Source: Candidatus Hodarchaeota archaeon
GTDB taxonomy: Archaea > Asgardarchaeota > Heimdallarchaeia > Hodarchaeales > Hodarchaeaceae
Assembly: GCA_029856365.1 (NCBI GenBank)
Contig: JAHQWW010000029.1
Coordinates: 1 to 32,451 of the forward strand
Direction of reading: 5' to 3'
DNA length: 32,451 bases
The translations under genes were made by a program, and so were the position numbers. This document shows, in pieces, positions 26,999 through 32,451 of the stretch. The notes below the pieces were generated by a model, which searched no databases, was not told where the DNA came from, and saw only the letters and a program-made list of their open reading frames with translations. Position 1 is the first letter of the stretch; each line of letters starts with the position of its first letter.

Positions 26999-28978
26999 TC
27001 AGCAATATTGACATTTATTAGTAGTAACCATGTGTTTTTTACAATACCATCTGTTACATGAGTTACATTGCCCAAAAAGGGAATAAAAATCCTCTTTATC
27101 AATACCTCGTCCAGCTCTGGCTTTTCTGAGTTTATTAACTGCATTATCTCTTTGGGTATTAGTAATTAAAAGTTCATCTAGGTTTTCAATGAAAAGATAA
27201 TCTTCCAGTACAAAATCTTTGTTTATTTCTTCTTCCTCTATTAAAGCAATGAGGTTTTTAAGGCGATTTTCAAGAATTGTTTTTAATTTGATGACAATTG
27301 GGGGAGATTTTTCAGGAAACCCATCATAAATGCCAAGAAGTGTCGCGAAAACACTTAATTTGACCCATGTAGTCGAATTATCTCGAATCCTAACTGTTGT
27401 TCTACAGTTATAAGCAGAACATTTGAAAATAACAATGACTTTTTTCTTTCTCTTAGACCTATTAAACTTAACAGGAGGAGGAAGTAATCGGATAAATAAG
27501 CGATAAGAATTGAGAAGATCTATATAAAACCTACTTACTTTCCCAGTGATTGCTGATCGCTGTTCAAAGATTTTTTCGTCTAAATTACCGCGCCTTCGTG
27601 CCAACTCAGTTTGAAGAACGTCATCTTGATCTGTTTCTGATAATTGCTGTTTCAAAAGATTCAAAGTTTTTGTAGAGCTTTCCAATTGTGCTCCTATACT
27701 TCTCAGGTCATTAACAAATAAGTATAGAGGATCTGTATCCGCCAAAGTTAACATTATCTGGAATTCTCCCAGAGCTTCAGAGATAACCTCTTGAACAGCT
27801 ACTTCTGATGGTTGAACTGAGGGAAGTTGCGTAAGAAGGGGATTTATGGGAATAAAAAGATCTCCTATTTGAGTTTTTACGATTTTTATTTGTTCTATGT
27901 CATCCTTGTCAATATCAACGCTTGAATCAAGAACTAATATTTCCCGTCCTGATTTACGAGCCTTACCAACTTTACCACTAATAGTTCCTTCTCCAATAAG
28001 ATATTCTAATGCCATTGATAAGACTTCAGCAGGTAATCTCATCCTCCTACGTAAATATCCAATTGAGATCTCATTTGCTCTATATTTTTTAGCTACTGTT
28101 TTTATCTCATTTTCAAGAGATTTGAGCATTTCAGTGTCAAAAATATTTAATGTTTGAATTTCTTCATCAGTTGTTTCACCTTCAAATGCCTGGCGGATTT
28201 CTTCCAACATTTGTTCCCGATCTTCATCAATAATTTCTGGTACAATTGCACTATATATCACAGGATCCACAATTTTTTGATAAAGAGACTTTAATTCTGG
28301 ATCAAGAGTCACTGCATCTAGATCTGTCCCTTGTTGCGTTACAACTAGAGCTAAATCCTGAGATGGGTTAAAAGCAACGTTTAAAAGTAGATTTCCAGTT
28401 CCTTGAAGGATACAAGCGTCTATTCCACCTGCAGATACCTCATAATCTATCCGTTCAACCAGAGAGAGAAGAGAAGTAATTGAGATTGCAAAGAGAAAAT
28501 CATCCATTTCTTCTACAGAATTCAACCAGACTGGATAACCTTCTGAGGAAACCAATCCAACTGTTTCGTATTTTTTCTGGTAACCAATCTGAAAGATAAA
28601 TCTTAGTATAATTTTAAGGACATCCAGAGAATCAACAGCAGCTTCGGACAAGATTACAAGAAGTACATCAAAGCCTAGGGAGTAAATCGTGACAACTTTA
28701 CTGTGACTCTTGATGGTAAGAGAATTCCAAGTTTCTAATTGAAGTTCGTTAGTCAAAATATTGGTAAGACTACGCCATGCTTGCCCAAGTAAAGCAGCGC
28801 TTTCCACTTCTACTTGGCTTTTTGAAGTTGAAAATATTTGGAGATCTGTATCTAGCTGAATTAAGATCATCAATTCAAATTGGGAGGTGTCAAGTTCAGA
28901 TTCAGCAAGAGTGAGAGCTTCTTTTGTTAGATTAAACCATTGAAGAGGATCCATTAGGAAATCAAATCCCTTAATCAT
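26999..28978 (-). CDS. Multidomain protein: two roadblock-like domains, winged helix, coiled coil and C-terminal multi-Cys Zn finger
   Basis: Roadblock-like pattern twice (LMILIQLDTDLQIFS...; VGLVSSEGYPVW...LLSLVERI...CILQG...LALVV); wHTH-like ISIGYLRRRMRLPAEVLSMALEYLIGEGTISGKV; CSAYNC ... CNSCNRWYCKKH...CQYC. Confidence 0.7.
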   Translation of the reverse strand: MIKGFDFLMDPLQWFNLTKEALTLAESELDTSQFELMILIQLDTDLQIFSTSKSQVEVESAALLGQAWRSLTNILTNELQLETWNSLTIKSHSKVVTIYSLGFDVLLVILSEAAVDSLDVLKIILRFIFQIGYQKKYETVGLVSSEGYPVWLNSVEEMDDFLFAISITSLLSLVERIDYEVSAGGIDACILQGTGNLLLNVAFNPSQDLALVVTQQGTDLDAVTLDPELKSLYQKIVDPVIYSAIVPEIIDEDREQMLEEIRQAFEGETTDEEIQTLNIFDTEMLKSLENEIKTVAKKYRANEISIGYLRRRMRLPAEVLSMALEYLIGEGTISGKVGKARKSGREILVLDSSVDIDKDDIEQIKIVKTQIGDLFIPINPLLTQLPSVQPSEVAVQEVISEALGEFQIMLTLADTDPLYLFVNDLRSIGAQLESSTKTLNLLKQQLSETDQDDVLQTELARRRGNLDEKIFEQRSAITGKVSRFYIDLLNSYRLFIRLLPPPVKFNRSKRKKKVIVIFKCSAYNCRTTVRIRDNSTTWVKLSVFATLLGIYDGFPEKSPPIVIKLKTILENRLKNLIALIEEEEINKDFVLEDYLFIENLDELLITNTQRDNAVNKLRKARAGRGIDKEDFYSLFGQCNSCNRWYCKKHMVTTNKCQYC

Positions 28979-29364
28979 AATTTTGCTTTAAGCTCGGTAT
29001 TCAACTTTTCAGCAATGAGGTTAGGACTCCCAGAGGGTTCAGTCACCACTAGGGATATTAAATGGGGTGAAACAGCAATAGCGATATCTTTAGTTTTACC
29101 TTGGACATGTATTAGACGAACTTTCTCTTGTGAGAGAGTTGAAAGTGTCCTTTCTCCTAATGTCGTACTCGCACCTGCAAGAGCTGCATATCTATTCAGG
29201 ATGCCTGAATCTGTGATTTCAGAAAGCCCATTTTCTGATTCACGGTTAAGTGTCAGAATTGGAAGCCCTTCAGGAGTAATCAAGGAGATCATTTGAATCT
29301 GTGAGTTCTTTTGGAACACCTCTTCTAGAATAGTGCGCAGTTCATTCTTTATTTGTTCGTCCAT
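28975..29364 (-). CDS. Roadblock/LC7 (MglB-like) domain protein
   Basis: ISLITPEGLPI, YAALAGASTTLGERTL, IHVQGK and LVVTE. ATG 29364 follows GAGGTG. The stop overlaps the next start (ATGA). Confidence 0.85.
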   Translation of the reverse strand: MDEQIKNELRTILEEVFQKNSQIQMISLITPEGLPILTLNRESENGLSEITDSGILNRYAALAGASTTLGERTLSTLSQEKVRLIHVQGKTKDIAIAVSPHLISLVVTEPSGSPNLIAEKLNTELKAKL

Positions 29365-29423
29365 CTCAGCACACCTCATTAGCCAAGTTATGGGCGAGTT
29401 CAGGTACTAATAAAGGCTTCATA

Positions 29424-29431
29424 CTTATATA
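29424..29431 (-). promoter_or_regulatory. Putative TATA box of the roadblock operon
   Basis: TATATAAG on the minus strand about 60 nt upstream of ATG 29364. Confidence 0.3.
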
Positions 29432-29452
29432 GATCTAGGATATGCTCATAAG

Positions 29453-29708
29453 GTTATTAAAAGTGATAACAATATATTCAATTTTATTTACAAGAGGTCA
29501 TCAACTAGCTCGTCACCATGGCTAGTCTCCATCGTGTGGGATGTAACCCAACAGCCTCTATCCTGTCAGCTTCAACCGCGTTCAGGAATGCTTTTATCAG
29601 AATGTTATACGCCCCATTCATATCCGCATTAATTATTGTGCCTTTTTGAGATTTGAATAGCCCTCTGGTCATTCTTCGGCCTAGATATTTGTTATGGTGT
29701 TCGATAGC
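29453..29708 (-). mobile_element. Truncated IS200/IS605-superfamily element: tnpB 3' end plus structured right end (omegaRNA region)
   Basis: A TnpB C-terminal coding remnant is followed by inverted repeats, ending in a GTTAT-N8-ATAAC hairpin at 29453-29470. No tnpA or left end is visible. Confidence 0.75.
29505..29708 (-). pseudogene. tnpB: TnpB C-terminal fragment (67 aa)
   Basis: AIEHHNKYLGRRMTRGLFKSQKGTIINADMNGAYNILIKAFLNAVEADRIEAVGLHPTRWRLAMVTS*, containing RGLF, the RuvC-III motif NADxNGAxNI and GLHP. Absent from the ORF track. Confidence 0.85.
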
Positions 29709-30019
29709 TGAGTCAGCGCTTGGATAAGGGGGGAATCATCTATGCCAATATCCAATAAGACCCGACGAGGGCGTGGATTTTGCTTTTTCGCTTTATAACT
29801 GGAAGAGTCAAATAATTTGGGACTGATCTCACTAACTTTGAATCCACCCTGCACTCCCGTTAGTTGTAAAGCAGCATCCACGATAGATGAATGCACCCAA
29901 AAAACGAAAGTGTGAGAAGTGCTTAAGGTTGGTTTGGGAGGGAGTAAATAAGCGCGCTTCCACTGGTATAACTGATAGAGGGATGCCAATTGAATTTCAG
30001 ATCTGTATTTTCTTTCAAG

Positions 30020-31219
30020 TTAATTTCTTGATTGAACTCGTGTTGCTAAAAGAGAGAGGTTCTTTAATGCTTTAAGTTGATTATTATTGGATAACTGGGC
30101 ATTATCAATAGCTGACCTTAATGTTTGAATGGTTGAATCATATACTTTACGATCAACAGGAAAAGGAATTCCATCTTTCCCCCCATGAGCGAATGAATAT
30201 TTAACGGGATCCTTCCAGCTTACTTGGGTTCCAAAAATCAGTTCTGAGACTAATGTAAGAGCTCGAAGCTTTTTTGGGCCTATTCCTTGGATTTCAACAA
30301 GATCATCGAACTGCCTCGGTTGTTGTTCATAAGCTGAGAGTAATGTTTGAAATTCTGACTCCCCTAAGTCTATTGGAAGAATTTGATGGCGAACAGGCAT
30401 CAGCAACAAAGAGGGATGCTCTGATACTTCAGGTTTCGATGATAAATTTAAAAAATGATCTAAAGGAAGTATTAGTGATTTTTTCTTCAAAGGGAAATAC
30501 TTTCTCAAATGGTTTGGATTGTCTTTAATAAGATCCAAAATACAATTTCGTGTTTGCTCACTCACTTCTGCAGTAAGATCAAGAGTGTTTTTAATAATTT
30601 GATTACAGGCAATTAGATCACGAGGCTTTTCACTAAAAGATCCTCCTCTCACTCCTACTCGATGTCTATCAGATGACCAATGATATCGTCTGGCCCATTT
30701 GTTATTCATTCCTTGCTGGATCACAGTGTAGTTACCATCTGAATCTATTAAAAAGCAATGGTGATAGAGTTGAAAAGAATCCTGGATGACTGCATTGTCA
30801 ACTTTTGCAGATAGCTTACTAGCACGAATGAAATTGTTAATTTCTTGATCTGAAAAATCTGCTTTCAGATGATGATTAACACGTTGCAACTCTATAGGGG
30901 TTTGTTTCGAGACATGTCCTTTACCGCCAGCTACATATATTTGACAGGAGGTATCTGTAATGGCATTTAACGCCAATTTAAGGGCTCCACATGTCGTAGT
31001 AGTAGTTCCAGAAGAATGCCAGTCAAATCCTATAACACAAGATAATGCCTGAAAAAAGAAAGGATTACTTAGACGATTTAATAATTCATGAGAACCATAT
31101 TCATCCATAATAATTCGACAAATTTCTTTGCTTAGTTTTTCCATTCGATGAAATAGCCATCGAGGTGCTTTACCAGTATGCAGCGGCATTTCTGCAAAAC
31201 CCGTGTGCTGCATTAACAT
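30020..31219 (-). CDS. DUF763 family protein (HhH-containing)
   Basis: PLHTGKAPRWL, GFDWHSSGTTT, GGKG, QQGMN, ARRYHW, IQGIGPKKLRAL and FAHGGKDGIPFPV. Confidence 0.9.
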   Translation of the reverse strand: MLMQHTGFAEMPLHTGKAPRWLFHRMEKLSKEICRIIMDEYGSHELLNRLSNPFFFQALSCVIGFDWHSSGTTTTTCGALKLALNAITDTSCQIYVAGGKGHVSKQTPIELQRVNHHLKADFSDQEINNFIRASKLSAKVDNAVIQDSFQLYHHCFLIDSDGNYTVIQQGMNNKWARRYHWSSDRHRVGVRGGSFSEKPRDLIACNQIIKNTLDLTAEVSEQTRNCILDLIKDNPNHLRKYFPLKKKSLILPLDHFLNLSSKPEVSEHPSLLLMPVRHQILPIDLGESEFQTLLSAYEQQPRQFDDLVEIQGIGPKKLRALTLVSELIFGTQVSWKDPVKYSFAHGGKDGIPFPVDRKVYDSTIQTLRSAIDNAQLSNNNQLKALKNLSLLATRVQSRN

Positions 31220-31233
31220 CTACTCCAAACAAT

Positions 31234-31794
31234 TTATGGAAATCCCCAAAGGAAATAATTTGTACCAGAGGAAGTATGAACAGCAGACTCCTTTGTTATT
31301 TTCTCCTGATCTGCTAATATTTCGAGAGACTGTACTAGTGTTTCTTTATCAATTTCATATCCTTTATCAACTAGCTTGGATAAAATCCTTGTCTTGGATA
31401 ATTTTTGGTTTTTGAACTCAGTTAGTAGTAATGATTCTAAATTCATGCTTACGGAGTGAAAATTCTCTTCTGATCCAGGTGTTTCGGTGAAAACCAGAGG
31501 CAATTCTTTCTGTTGGTTTTTAAACTCGAAATTTAATCTTCTTCCATTGATAATAAAGTTTGATATCAAATCTGCAATGAGAGCTGACAATCCATCACAA
31601 GGAAGTCGAATAGGTTTCCCATAGGATATTTGATTTTCGTCAGAAATTCTGACTTCCTGTAATTCAATTGTTGATCGAGTCATTCCCCATTTAGAATGAT
31701 CTGAAGGCCCCCATAGCTTAATATATATCAGTCTCTTAGGACTTATCGTAATTTTTTCAATTCTTACTGGACGACTTGAATTTGTCTGAGTCAA
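31234..31794 (-). CDS. Hypothetical protein: beta-rich (PC4-like?) N-domain plus C-terminal winged helix
   Basis: TTG 31794 follows GGAGGA; the track's ATG 31920 extension looks non-coding. The C-terminus LSKTRILSKL...IDKETLVQSLEILADQEKI...YFLW is wHTH-like. Confidence 0.55.
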   Translation of the reverse strand: MTQTNSSRPVRIEKITISPKRLIYIKLWGPSDHSKWGMTRSTIELQEVRISDENQISYGKPIRLPCDGLSALIADLISNFIINGRRLNFEFKNQQKELPLVFTETPGSEENFHSVSMNLESLLLTEFKNQKLSKTRILSKLVDKGYEIDKETLVQSLEILADQEKITKESAVHTSSGTNYFLWGFP

Positions 31795-32073
31795 CTGATC
31801 TCCTCCATTAGAAATAAGATAATAAGAATAAATAAGTACATCGGAGGCTGATGTATAAATAATATTAGAGTGAATTGGTGAAAACTGTTGACTAATATCA
31901 GCGACTAATATCAATAACATTTATTATATGGCGAGGTTACAAAATATAATATGTGATACTGATTTCATTGAAATTTTCTGGATTTATATCATCTTCAATG
32001 CATCAATAGTTCAATTTTAATACAAAAGGATTATCTTGAACTAAAAGCCTTCCTAGGGCGTGAGTATTCATCC

Positions 32074-32451
32074 ATGCAGGAGTCTTTCACTAAAGCTATC
32101 CATACTAGAAGAATAAGAACCGCTCTTTTGACTCTAAAGGAAGGAACCCGTGAAGTTATCCGCTCTAGAAAAGTAATGAAGACGCTATCGGCCGTAAAAG
32201 GAAACTTTAGAGATATAATCCGTAGTAAAAGTGTAATGATAAGGCATACGTCCTTGAAAAAAGTTGTCATGAAAGTATTTTACAATAGTAGCTCTCAAAT
32301 GAGGTTAACGTTTGGTTTAGCGTTACGGAATGCAACTCGTTCTAAATATCGATCATTCTTGCTAATATTTGGTATCTTACTCACAGTTGGACTGGAAACA
32401 GGAATTGTGATAAGTGTAGACACATTATATGAGGATTTTATCTTAGATCAT
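32074..32451 (+). CDS. ABC transporter permease (FtsX/MacB-like), N-terminus, runs off the window
   Basis: The frame is open from ATG 32074 to the end. LALRNATRSKYRSFLLIFGILLTVGLETGIVISVDTL is the typical first amphipathic helix plus TM of this family. The real start could be a later ATG. Confidence 0.7.
   Translation, partial: MQESFTKAIHTRRIRTALLTLKEGTREVIRSRKVMKTLSAVKGNFRDIIRSKSVMIRHTSLKKVVMKVFYNSSSQMRLTFGLALRNATRSKYRSFLLIFGILLTVGLETGIVISVDTLYEDFILDH
32098..32244 (+). repeat. Degenerate 60-bp tandem repeat (about 2.5 units) in the permease N-terminal extension
   Basis: Units start ATCC at 32098, 32158 and 32218: IHTRRIRTALLTLKEGTREV / IRSRKVMKTLSAVKGNFRDI / IRSKSVMIR. Confidence 0.45.

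Noticed and set aside
29500-30010. Possible RNase P or SRP RNA in this relatively GC-rich intergenic region
   Set aside because: I found no GAGGAAAGUCC-type RNase P element or SRP helix 8 motif; the distal half is explained by the tnpB remnant.
29887-30075. 62-aa plus-strand ORF with CEKC
   Set aside because: It has a single CxxC, overlaps DUF763 antisense and has no other support.
5780-31415. Numerous short antisense or nested ORFs in the track (e.g. 5780-6049, 7992-8357, 19393-19686, 25158-25631, 29015-29296)
   Set aside because: They lie opposite or inside well-supported genes and carry no recognisable motifs.
32031-32270. 79-aa minus-strand ORF
   Set aside because: It is antisense to the open plus-strand permease frame.

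Overview
AT-rich, gene-dense archaeal chromosomal window, most likely from an Asgard archaeon, probably Heimdallarchaeia. This is inferred from a Rag/Arf-like GTPase with a roadblock-type tail, two roadblock-domain genes and a PGW-CTERM-type beta-helix surface protein. Metabolic genes include a tungsten aldehyde:ferredoxin oxidoreductase divergent from a ThDP enzyme/SDR/3-hydroxyacyl-CoA dehydrogenase operon, a Ser/Thr dehydratase, an HgdC-type activase, a nitroreductase, a flavodoxin and a thioesterase. There are also two orphan DNA methyltransferases (one an HsdM-HsdS half fusion), two MFS transporters, a cyclophilin and DUF763. The most unusual items are: (1) a translationally coupled pair of a roadblock protein and a 659-aa tandem-roadblock/winged-helix/coiled-coil/split FYVE-like Zn-finger protein; (2) an MFS transporter fused to an Old Yellow Enzyme barrel lacking its catalytic residues; (3) a Vms1/ANKZF1-like (bVLRF1-type) release factor; (4) an HhH-GTPase-roadblock fusion; (5) a tnpB 3' remnant missing from the ORF track that keeps an omegaRNA-like structured end next to the roadblock operon's putative promoter; and (6) a K-loop-capped intergenic hairpin RNA. 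No rRNA, tRNA or CRISPR array was seen. All family assignments are by motif recognition only; no database search was run.
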